Of a stretch of 58,696 bases of DNA, positions 28,175-36,243 are shown in pieces (positions within the stretch are counted from its first letter, which is position 1; the number at the start of each line of letters is the position of its first letter). The notes under the pieces are model-generated. The model searched no databases. It was given only the letters and a program-made list of their open reading frames with translations, and was not told the DNA's origin. The stretch comes from an uncultured Gammaproteobacteria bacterium (GTDB lineage Bacteria > Pseudomonadota > Gammaproteobacteria > Steroidobacterales > Rariloculaceae). Location: contig CAZFJU010000002.1 of assembly GCA_964518995.1 (NCBI GenBank), forward strand, positions 1 through 58,696, given 5' to 3'. The position numbers were made by a program, and so were the translations under genes.

Positions 28175-28453
28175 ATGGATGTCGGAGTTCGTGAGCTCAA
28201 GCAGCGTCTTTCCGAGTACCTGGAGCGCGTCGCTCGAGGCGAAGTCATTCGGGTGACGGACCGCGGCCGCCCAAAGGCAATATTGACAGGCATCCGGCAG
28301 GAGCAAGCCGTCGCGCGCGGAATCAATGAGGGATGGCTGAAGCCCGGCGATCTCGCCGAGCCTGTCGCGGTTCCGCGTGTCCGTGCCCGAAAGCGTGCGC
28401 TGGAGCTGCTGGCGCTGCGACGCGAGTCGGCGTCGACGTGTTGTCGTTCTTAA
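28175..28453 (+). CDS. type II antitoxin, Phd/YefM (prevent-host-death) family
   Basis: MDVGVRELKQRLSEYLERVARGEVIRVTDRGRPKAILTGI is the canonical Phd/YefM N-terminal fold. The C-terminal ARKRALELLALRRES resembles the toxin-binding tail. Confidence 0.8.
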   Translation: MDVGVRELKQRLSEYLERVARGEVIRVTDRGRPKAILTGIRQEQAVARGINEGWLKPGDLAEPVAVPRVRARKRALELLALRRESASTCCRS

Positions 28454-28515
28454 CCTTCGATGTTCGCCAGGCTCAAGTAGCACGCCAGCTAGGATTCGTC
28501 GTGCTCGGCGTCTAG
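28429..28515 (+). pseudogene. remnant of a PIN-domain (VapC-like) toxin with most of the domain deleted
   Basis: In the frame overlapping the antitoxin 3' end the sequence reads GVDVLSFLTFDVRQAQVARQLGFVVLGV*. VDV resembles the first acidic PIN motif (xDTS). LTFDxRxAxxAxxLGxxV is the usual VapC C-terminus. Only about 29 codons remain where about 130 are expected. Confidence 0.4.
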
Positions 28516-28647
28516 ATTCCGCCGCATACGATGCCTTCGTATAACGAGTTCCGGCCGCGTACGCAGTAACATATAAGCGCAGCGCGTGCTCAGCCGAGCC
28601 GCTTGATGAATAATGCTCGTGATGCTTCCCCAGTAGAGGATTCCGGC

Positions 28648-29715
28648 ATGACGAGACTCGCAGTTCTTTCGATCTTGGCCACCGCATCGGTCGCCGCCTA
28701 CGCGCAGCCCGAAGACCAAAGCTGTGCCTCCGCGGCCGGCCTCGACTTCGTCTGCGGCCCACAAAATGCCGAAGACCTCGTGCTCGTCCCGGGCACGGAC
28801 TGGATCATCGCGAGCTCCATGACCGAAGGCGCGGGACTCGTGCTCCTCGATGCCAACGACGGAACGTGGAGCGTGCTCTATCCGAGCACCTCGGCGCGCG
28901 TTGCGCATGATCCAATGTACGCCGAATGCACGGAACCGCCCGCTGCCGCCACGTTCAATGCGCACGGCTTACACCTCCGTACCGACACGACTGGACGCAC
29001 GAAGCTTTACTCGGTCGCGCATGGCGAGCGCGAGTCGATTGAGGTCTTCGATGTCGACGCCGCCGGTGACCAACCCGTGCTGACCTGGATCGGCTGCGTG
29101 CATTTGCCGGACGGCCTCGCGGCGAATAGCGTTGCGTCGCTCGCCGATGGGTCTCTTGTCGCCACCGTGCTGATTCTGCCCGGCAGAACGTTCGCCGACT
29201 CGGTTGCGATGCGGCCGACCGGCATCGTGCTCGAATGGTCGCCCGGAGGAGACGCGGGATTCACACCGATCGAGGGCACCGAGCTGCCGGGCAACAACGG
29301 CATCGAAGTATCGCCTGACGGCGACGAGATCTATGTCGTCTCGTCGGGGTTCCAGACGGTGGTTGCGTTCTCGAACACCCGCCCCGCCCGTCAGCTCAGG
29401 ACCACCGACCCGCTGCCGTTCACGCCCGACAATCTGCACTTCGATGAGGCGGGCCGGCTGCAGACCGCCGGCATGAAGAACGACGTGCCCGAGTGCGGCG
29501 GCAAGCCCGGCCCGGGGCACGACCTCGAAACGCTATCGACGTGTCCGCGCGGCACCTACGCGGTCGCGATCGACCCCGTCACCATGAGCCACGAGATCAT
29601 CGTCGACACTCCGGCGACGCCCGCGTTCAGTAACACCTCGACGGTATTGACGCATGAAGGACGGTTCTGGCTCGCCACGTTTCAAGGCGATCGGATCGCG
29701 CATGGAGAGCTGTAG
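28648..29715 (+). CDS. secreted six-bladed beta-propeller protein, paraoxonase/arylesterase- or SGL-like (putative lactonase)
   Basis: GAGGA lies upstream of ATG 28648. Signal MTRLAVLSILATASVAAYA-QP. NGIEVSPDGDEIYVVSSGFQTVVAF, FTPDNLHFDEAGRLQTAG and the C-terminal VLTHEGRFWLATFQGDRIAHGEL resemble PON-type propellers. Confidence 0.6.
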   Translation: MTRLAVLSILATASVAAYAQPEDQSCASAAGLDFVCGPQNAEDLVLVPGTDWIIASSMTEGAGLVLLDANDGTWSVLYPSTSARVAHDPMYAECTEPPAAATFNAHGLHLRTDTTGRTKLYSVAHGERESIEVFDVDAAGDQPVLTWIGCVHLPDGLAANSVASLADGSLVATVLILPGRTFADSVAMRPTGIVLEWSPGGDAGFTPIEGTELPGNNGIEVSPDGDEIYVVSSGFQTVVAFSNTRPARQLRTTDPLPFTPDNLHFDEAGRLQTAGMKNDVPECGGKPGPGHDLETLSTCPRGTYAVAIDPVTMSHEIIVDTPATPAFSNTSTVLTHEGRFWLATFQGDRIAHGEL

Positions 29716-29875
29716 CGCCGCGAGCGGTCACTGTCAACTTCGGTAGCCAACACAAATTCGACCCGGATGGTACGGTTTGACAAGCATTTCGTAGGTTGAA
29801 ACACTCCGCAGCCAAATTCGCGCTGCGTGCTGCGGCACGCGCGGAGTGCGATATTCGTCTGTGGGGGAATCAGAT

Positions 29876-32800
29876 TTGTCGAATTCATCGTTCGGGCCTC
29901 GCGCGTTTCTGTCCTGCGCGATCATCGCCGCGCTCGGCACGGGCGGTATGGCCGTCGCGCAGCAGCCTCTGGAAGAAGTCACCGTCACCGGCACGCGCGT
30001 GCGCCAGACCGATGGCATGGCCGCGCCCGTTCCGGTTACTGTCGTTACGCCTGACGAGCTCTCGACGTTCGAGCCCGGCGGCACAATCGCCGAGCAGCTC
30101 GACGCGCTGCCGCAGTTCTTCCAGACCGCAACGGCGCAGCGCGGCACCGGAGGCAGCATCGTCGGCGGCACCAGCGGGGGCAGCTATCTGAACATGCGCG
30201 CGCTCGGCGCCCAGCGCACCCTCGTCCTGCTCGACGGCGCGCGGATGATGCCGGCAGATAAGCGGGGCTCAACGAACATCGATGTGTTTCCGACCGCACT
30301 GGTTCGCTCCGTCGAGGTCGTGACCGGCGGTGCGTCCGCGGCCTACGGCGCCGATGCGCTCGGCGGCGTCACCAACTTCATCCTCGATCGTGAGTTTCAG
30401 GGGCTGACGATCGATGCGGGAACGGGCGTCACCGACTGGGGTGACGGCGAGCGCTGGAACGTGTCGATTGCAGGCGGCACTCAGATCGGCGAGCGCCTGA
30501 ACCTGATCGGCTCGTTCGAGTCGCGGCACATCGAGCAAATCCAGCGCGACCCCGAGCGGCTCGCCGAGAAGACGAGCTGGTTTCGCCGCTGGGGTCATGT
30601 CACGAACCCCGAGTGGTCTCCCGGCGCGCCGGCCGGTATCCCGCAACGCCTGACCCGGCCCTGGATCGCGTCCACCGACTCGAGCCCGACCGGTATCATC
30701 TGGGCGCGGGAGGCAAGCTCGCCTAACCCGACTCCGTTGATACCCTTTGATTTCAACGGCTATACCTTCCTCGAAGACGGCTCGGCCGCGCGTCCCTTCA
30801 TTCAAGGCGACTACTATGCGTCGCCGTACGAGCCCGGGAGCACGTGGACGATGTCGGGCGGTCCGGAGGCCACAGCTCACAACTGGGCGTTCGACGGCGG
30901 CCCGTCAGGCCGCGAAGTCGTCGGCCGCTCTGCATTCGTCGGCCTGCAATATGCGTTCACGGACAATATGTCGATCTTCGCGCAGTACCTGCAGGGGCGC
31001 TCCGAGTCGAACTTCGTCAATCAGCGAGGCACGGTCTATCTCGCCGACGGAAAGCACGCGACGGTATTCCGCGACAACGCGTTCTTGCCTGACGAGATTG
31101 GCCTCGCGATGGACGAGGCCGGCATTGATCACTTCCAGCTCAGCAAGCTCGGCGCATTCGCCTGGAACAATGGCGTCGGTAAGGGCGCCGAGAATCGCGC
31201 CGCGTTCGATACGTACTCTTGGACTCTCGGCCTCGACGTCGCATTCGCCAACGGATGGGATTTGCGCGCGTCATGGCAATCGGGCGAATCAGAGAAAACC
31301 ACGGGCATCTACGACGAGGTGCGCATCGACCGCGTGTTCCTCGCGATGGACGCGGTACGCGACCCGGCAACGGGTGCAATCGTCTGCAACGTGCAACTCT
31401 ATAATCCGACCGAGCAGCAGCTCTTCGAGTCGATCCAGCACCTCGGGCTCGAATCGTCCCTCGGCGGTCCGCTGATGTCGCCGGTCGGGCTCGACAACAC
31501 GATCCGCGACTGCGTGCCCTTCAACGTGATGGGCGACGGCAATATGAGCCGTGCGGCCATGGAGTACATGACCTCTCCTCTCACCGGCGAAAGCATCGTC
31601 AAACAGGACTTTGCCGAGGTGCTCATGACGGGCGAAGTGCATGAAGGATGGGGCGCGGGGCCCGTGTCGTTCGCGGGCGGCTTGACCTACCGCGAACAGA
31701 GCTTCTCGGATCGCTCGCTGCCGGTCGAGGTCGATGCGCTCGGGCCGCCGCAGAACGCGCCCGAGATAGGCATCCGCGGCTTGCCGATCCGCTACTACGC
31801 GGCACTGAATACGTTGCACCAGTTCTCGAGCATTCCGACCGCGAGCGGCAAGTACGATGTCTGGGAATGGTTCGCCGAAGGAAACGTGCCGATATGGGAG
31901 TCGGCCTCTGGCGGCCGTTATCTCGGCGGCAGCGTCGCGTATCGTTCGTCAGACTACTCGAGCATCGGCCGGATCGAGAGCTGGAAGGCCGGCATCGATT
32001 TTCAAGTCGCGCAAGCGCTTCGGTTCCGTCTAACGCAGTCGCGTGACGTACGCGAAGCCAGCTTCTCGGAGCGCTTCGATGCACAGAATGGCGGCGCCAG
32101 CATCGTGGATCCGAGAATGGATAACGCGAACTTCACGACCGTCGTCGTCGCGGGCGGCAACCCCGAGCTGCGGCCCGAGATCGCTGACACCACTGTTTTC
32201 GGGCTAGTCTACGAGCCGCAGTGGGCGAGCGGGCTCAGCCTGTCAGCGGACTGGTATGAGATCAAGATCAACGACGCGGTCGGTACGCTAGGCGCGCAGC
32301 GGATCGTGGACGAATGCGAGCTGAACGGCGTGCAATCGCTGTGCAACCAGATCGTGCGTAACCCGGTCGATGGCAGCATCGAGACCATCTACAACGTTTT
32401 CTTGAACGTCGAGGAAGCCAAGGTCGAAGGGATCGACATGGAGGTGTCGTATCGCGCCGAGCCGAATCTTTTCAGCGATCGGAGCGAGTCGCTCAGCCTG
32501 CGCTTTTTAGGCGGCTATCTGCTCGAGCGATCCGATACACCGCTCGGCGGGACGCCGTGGGACGTCGCCGGCCAGCTCGGCACCCCCGATTTCACGGCGA
32601 ACGCCACGTTGAGCTATAACGTCGGCCGCTTCGGCGTACAGCTGCAGCAGCGCTACATCGCCGACACGATTCGCAATCTGCGTTGGAGCGAGGGTGTGGA
32701 CGTCGACGACAACACGATTCCTTCGGCAAGCTACACGAACCTCCGCCTGTCGTATGCCGGCGATACCTTCAACGGAGCCGCGTGGAGCGCCGCGCTGCAC

Positions 32801-32932
32801 GTGACGAATCTGCTCGACCGCGATCCGCCAATCATCGCGAGCTCCTCCCCGTACGGCGCAGCGCAGAGCATGCATAACGACTACGACATCTTCGGGCGCC
32901 GCTATCAGGTGAGTTTCAATATGAGCTTCTGA
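29876..32932 (+). CDS. TonB-dependent receptor (large, oligosaccharide-type)
   Basis: Plug EEVTVTGTRVRQTDGMAAPVPVTVVTPDEL, NMRALGAQRTLVLLDGARM, VEVVTGGASAAYGADALGGVTNFIL. Barrel ends YQVSFNMSF (terminal Phe). TTG 29876 is preceded by GGGGGA and gives signal MSNSSFGPRAFLSCAIIAALGTGGMAVA. GTG 29846 is the alternative start. Confidence 0.9.
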   Translation: MSNSSFGPRAFLSCAIIAALGTGGMAVAQQPLEEVTVTGTRVRQTDGMAAPVPVTVVTPDELSTFEPGGTIAEQLDALPQFFQTATAQRGTGGSIVGGTSGGSYLNMRALGAQRTLVLLDGARMMPADKRGSTNIDVFPTALVRSVEVVTGGASAAYGADALGGVTNFILDREFQGLTIDAGTGVTDWGDGERWNVSIAGGTQIGERLNLIGSFESRHIEQIQRDPERLAEKTSWFRRWGHVTNPEWSPGAPAGIPQRLTRPWIASTDSSPTGIIWAREASSPNPTPLIPFDFNGYTFLEDGSAARPFIQGDYYASPYEPGSTWTMSGGPEATAHNWAFDGGPSGREVVGRSAFVGLQYAFTDNMSIFAQYLQGRSESNFVNQRGTVYLADGKHATVFRDNAFLPDEIGLAMDEAGIDHFQLSKLGAFAWNNGVGKGAENRAAFDTYSWTLGLDVAFANGWDLRASWQSGESEKTTGIYDEVRIDRVFLAMDAVRDPATGAIVCNVQLYNPTEQQLFESIQHLGLESSLGGPLMSPVGLDNTIRDCVPFNVMGDGNMSRAAMEYMTSPLTGESIVKQDFAEVLMTGEVHEGWGAGPVSFAGGLTYREQSFSDRSLPVEVDALGPPQNAPEIGIRGLPIRYYAALNTLHQFSSIPTASGKYDVWEWFAEGNVPIWESASGGRYLGGSVAYRSSDYSSIGRIESWKAGIDFQVAQALRFRLTQSRDVREASFSERFDAQNGGASIVDPRMDNANFTTVVVAGGNPELRPEIADTTVFGLVYEPQWASGLSLSADWYEIKINDAVGTLGAQRIVDECELNGVQSLCNQIVRNPVDGSIETIYNVFLNVEEAKVEGIDMEVSYRAEPNLFSDRSESLSLRFLGGYLLERSDTPLGGTPWDVAGQLGTPDFTANATLSYNVGRFGVQLQQRYIADTIRNLRWSEGVDVDDNTIPSASYTNLRLSYAGDTFNGAAWSAALHVTNLLDRDPPIIASSSPYGAAQSMHNDYDIFGRRYQVSFNMSF

Positions 32933-33031
32933 AGCGGGCTGGAGTCGCGAGCGGGTCGGAGTGGTGCCCCCCAAGGTTGTGCGTGCCGCGGGGCCCTGTG
33001 GCGGCTCGCGCGCTCAGCACGTCAACTCCGC

Positions 33032-35920
33032 TCAGAATAGGAAGCGCACTCCGGCCGTATACTGCCGCCCTATCGTGTCGAACGTCGCAGCGTTCGTATA
33101 GCTCGAGCCGAAGAAGTCCCCAAAGGCGCCCGGCGCTAGCGGGGGCTTTCGGTCGAACAGATTCCTTACGTTGAGGAACATCCTCCATTCGCCGCCCGTC
33201 GCCTCGAGCGTATAGCCCAGGCGGAGATTTGTTGACGTAAAGGAGCCGACACGATTATCAAAGATATCAACTCCGCTCACCCAGTCGTTATTGCGCACGG
33301 TCGAGCCGATGTAGTTTTGTTGAACGTAGACACTCCAAGGCCCGGTGTTGTAAGTCGCGCCTACATTCGCGCGCCATCGCGGTCGAACTATCTCCCGCGC
33401 CTGATCGTCGAGCACGCCATCGATAGTCGTCGAGGATTCCTGCAAGTTACTGATGAGACCGCGAATCCCCAAGCTGCCTCGAGCCAACGCCCTGCGATAC
33501 GACGTCTCGATATCGAAACCTCGGACGCGAGCCTCGTCGAGATTCAGAAATGTATTGAGCACAAGAGTGATAGGACCTAGGGAATCATCCGGGTTCGGCA
33601 CACCGCGGGTAATCCGATCGCATAGCGTGGCAATATCGTCCTCGAAGCAGCCGTCGATCGTGCGGTCCACTCCGAGCGTATTGATCGCACCATCGACCTT
33701 TACATCGAAGTAATCGACGGAGACACCGAGGCCGGGGATCGCGGACGGTTGGTAAACCACCCCGAAAACTCGCGTGTTGGCTTCTTCCGGATCGACGTTT
33801 GAATTGCCTCCCGAGATCTGCGTCGCGGCATAAGTCGGCTCGCCCGCCATCCATCGATCCGTTACGTTCGTGCCGGCGACAGACGTATCGAAGCGTTCTG
33901 ACAGGGAGCCCGCGCGCACGTCGCGGGACCACGTTGCGCGCAGCCGCACGTCCTCGGTCACCGACCAATCAAGACCTCCTTTCCAAGCTTGCACGCCTCC
34001 GCTGCCGGAGTAGTCCGCATATCGCCAAGCAAGGCTGAGATCGAGAGCCTCCGCACCGCGGACGCCAGAGATCAGCGGGATCAACGTTTCGATGAAAGCT
34101 TCTCGGACGTCGAAGCTGCCGTCGACGACATTTGCACTCGCCCGTTCGAACCGACTCACGCAGCCTCGATATGCGGGCGGGACGCCCAAGTAGCCGGCGG
34201 CGGCCGATTCGGCCGCCCCTCTAAAGCAGTTAGGACCGCCCGTGTCGACGCTCGGAGAGATGCTGCTCTTTTGGCGGAACGCGTCGCTGCGATATGAGGC
34301 GCCGAGAGCGATCGACACCGGCCCCGTTGCTCGGTTGACGAGCAGATCTCGGTCGATCGCGACTTCCGCGAAACGCTGATCGACCTTCTGCAGCAGCGCG
34401 AGCGATCCGCCGATCGGCTGCAGATCCTCAGTGCCTTGGATGTAGGCACGCGCTGCGGGAGAAACGGAGCCCTCTCCGAAGAAGTTGCCGGGAACGCAGC
34501 CGTCATCCGGCACAGTCAGAGTGGAACGGCAGATAATCTCCCCGGTATCCGGGTGCCGGACGGCATCCAGCGAGCGGTAGATTCTGTCGATCCGGACGGT
34601 GTTTCTGAGCTCCACCGCTTGATCGTTCCAACCATACTGATAGTAGGCATTCATTCGCCAGTTGCCCACGTCGCCTTCGATGCCCGTAGTGAACGAGTAC
34701 GTATCGTTCTCCATCACGTGCATCGAGCCGCCGATGTCGCTTCCGCCAGAACGCGCAAACGAGAAGCTGGCTTCGCCCGCATCGATCATCTGTTGGCGAA
34801 GACTCTCGTCGAGATATGCGTTATCGACATAGATCGTGCCGATCCATCCGCCATGCATCATGTTCGGGCCCTTGTCACGCTCGACGCGACCGCGCCCGTA
34901 GACCCCCTGGATGAACCACTCGAGATTACCCAGATCGTACTTCAAATGAGCGAAAAGGCTGCTGCGGTCGTTAGCGGTCATCGGCCAGTAGCGATGAGCC
35001 ATATCGGCGCCGCTTCCGCCTGATTGCACGCTTCCTGAGACGATCGCTCCGTCGACAAATGGCGCGTAGGTTCCGCCCGGCAGAAACTCGGTGCCCGCAA
35101 GCACTCCACTCGTCGCGAGCCCGCCGAAGGTATAGCTGCGCGTGCGTAGATTTGGCAGGTAGATCCGCTGAGGGTGTGTTCCGGAAGGATCGCCAGCGCT
35201 CCAGTCCGGATTAGTGAGCATCCCCCAATCTCGATACCACCCGTACTCGTCCCAGTCTTGAATCCCCTCATGCTCATAGTGGTCGGCGGCTACCACGACA
35301 TGCGCACGCTCGCCGATCGCCGTGCCGCCGGCTGCCGAAATCTTGTAGTTTTCGCCCTGCCCGCGGCTTGTTGCTCCGCCCTGCAGGTTGACCTCGAGAC
35401 CCTCAAATTCCGTGTCGAGTATGAAGTTCACGACACCGGCCACGGCATCCGAGCCATACGCTGCGGAGGCGCCGCCGGTGACAGTCTCGACCCGTGAAAT
35501 GATGCCCTCGGGAAAAATGTTTACGTCAGTCGTGCCAAGCCGCGTCGACGGGACGATTCGGCGATTGTTGAGCAGAGTCAGGGTGCGATTGGCACCCAGC
35601 CCTCTCAGGTTCAGAATACTGGCGCCTGCGTCTCCGCTCCAGGTGTTCACTGTGGTCGGTGTAGTGTTGCCAAGAAACTGCGGCAACTGATCGAGCGCAT
35701 CGATTAAAGTCGTCGGCGCCATGTACGAGAGCTCTTCGGCGGTTACCGTCGTGACCGGTGTCGGAGTCGTCATGCCGGAGCGCTGAATCCTCGACCCGGT
35801 CACTTGAACCTCTTCGATGGGACCGCTTGATTGCAGCCCCTCCTGAGATTGCGCGCCGACCGAGAGTCCACTTGCCGCCAAGCCCACAAACATTGCAAGC
35901 ATGCTGCCGGAGTGTTTCAT
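33032..35920 (-). CDS. TonB-dependent receptor
   Basis: Signal MKHSGSMLAMFVGLAASGLSVGA. Plug EEVQVTGSRIQRSGMTTPTPVTTVTAEEL, NLRGLGANRTLTLLNNRR, VETVTGGASAAYGSDAVAGVVNFIL. Ends YTAGVRFLF. Confidence 0.9.
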   Translation of the reverse strand: MKHSGSMLAMFVGLAASGLSVGAQSQEGLQSSGPIEEVQVTGSRIQRSGMTTPTPVTTVTAEELSYMAPTTLIDALDQLPQFLGNTTPTTVNTWSGDAGASILNLRGLGANRTLTLLNNRRIVPSTRLGTTDVNIFPEGIISRVETVTGGASAAYGSDAVAGVVNFILDTEFEGLEVNLQGGATSRGQGENYKISAAGGTAIGERAHVVVAADHYEHEGIQDWDEYGWYRDWGMLTNPDWSAGDPSGTHPQRIYLPNLRTRSYTFGGLATSGVLAGTEFLPGGTYAPFVDGAIVSGSVQSGGSGADMAHRYWPMTANDRSSLFAHLKYDLGNLEWFIQGVYGRGRVERDKGPNMMHGGWIGTIYVDNAYLDESLRQQMIDAGEASFSFARSGGSDIGGSMHVMENDTYSFTTGIEGDVGNWRMNAYYQYGWNDQAVELRNTVRIDRIYRSLDAVRHPDTGEIICRSTLTVPDDGCVPGNFFGEGSVSPAARAYIQGTEDLQPIGGSLALLQKVDQRFAEVAIDRDLLVNRATGPVSIALGASYRSDAFRQKSSISPSVDTGGPNCFRGAAESAAAGYLGVPPAYRGCVSRFERASANVVDGSFDVREAFIETLIPLISGVRGAEALDLSLAWRYADYSGSGGVQAWKGGLDWSVTEDVRLRATWSRDVRAGSLSERFDTSVAGTNVTDRWMAGEPTYAATQISGGNSNVDPEEANTRVFGVVYQPSAIPGLGVSVDYFDVKVDGAINTLGVDRTIDGCFEDDIATLCDRITRGVPNPDDSLGPITLVLNTFLNLDEARVRGFDIETSYRRALARGSLGIRGLISNLQESSTTIDGVLDDQAREIVRPRWRANVGATYNTGPWSVYVQQNYIGSTVRNNDWVSGVDIFDNRVGSFTSTNLRLGYTLEATGGEWRMFLNVRNLFDRKPPLAPGAFGDFFGSSYTNAATFDTIGRQYTAGVRFLF

Positions 35921-35972
35921 CGATGCTCCACCTCGAACATCCGTGGCCTAAGCCGTGACGTACCAGGCATCC

Positions 35973-35990
35973 CTGACATTGCCCTGTCAG
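35973..35990. promoter_or_regulatory. CTGACA-N6-TGTCAG inverted repeat, also readable as a Pho-box-like TGACA-N6-TGTCA with 11-bp period
   Basis: The sequence cCTGACATTGCCCTGTCAGc lies 53 bp upstream of the minus-strand TonB receptor start (35920), in the divergent region shared with phoX. Confidence 0.35.
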
Positions 35991-36064
35991 CGTTATCAGG
36001 ATAAACGCTGTGAGCGCAACAAAAGACCGTACTGCAGGCGTCGGAGGCGTGTCAATTCGATCAT

Positions 36065-36084
36065 CCCTAGGTTACCCCTAGGTT
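36065..36084. repeat. exact 9-bp direct repeat CCCTAGGTT with 11-bp period
   Basis: CCCTAGGTT at 36065..36073 and again at 36076..36084. Each unit contains the palindrome CCTAGG. Located in the TBDR/phoX divergent intergenic region. Confidence 0.5.
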
Positions 36085-36123
36085 GGCGCTGCTGCCGCGC
36101 ACACACATTTGCCGCTTGTTCTC

Positions 36124-36161
36124 GGGAATCCCTCGAAGATGGGGGGAATCACTCGAAGATG
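36124..36161. repeat. tandem 18-bp direct repeat (one mismatch), 20-bp period, upstream of phoX
   Basis: GGGAATCCCTCGAAGATG (36124..36141) and GGGAATCACTCGAAGATG (36144..36161). The second copy ends 83 bp upstream of the phoX ATG. Confidence 0.5.
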
Positions 36162-36243
36162 ACGAAGAAGTCGCGGAGCGCATCATAGCCGTCGCGTATA
36201 CACTTCCGACTTGGCCCAGGCACCGGGATCGCGGGGAGGATCA

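Noticed and set aside
28016-28762. 248-aa minus-strand ORF spanning the toxin-antitoxin region
   Set aside because: It overlaps the well-supported antitoxin and the start of the PON-like gene. It has Arg-rich composition, no RBS and no motif.
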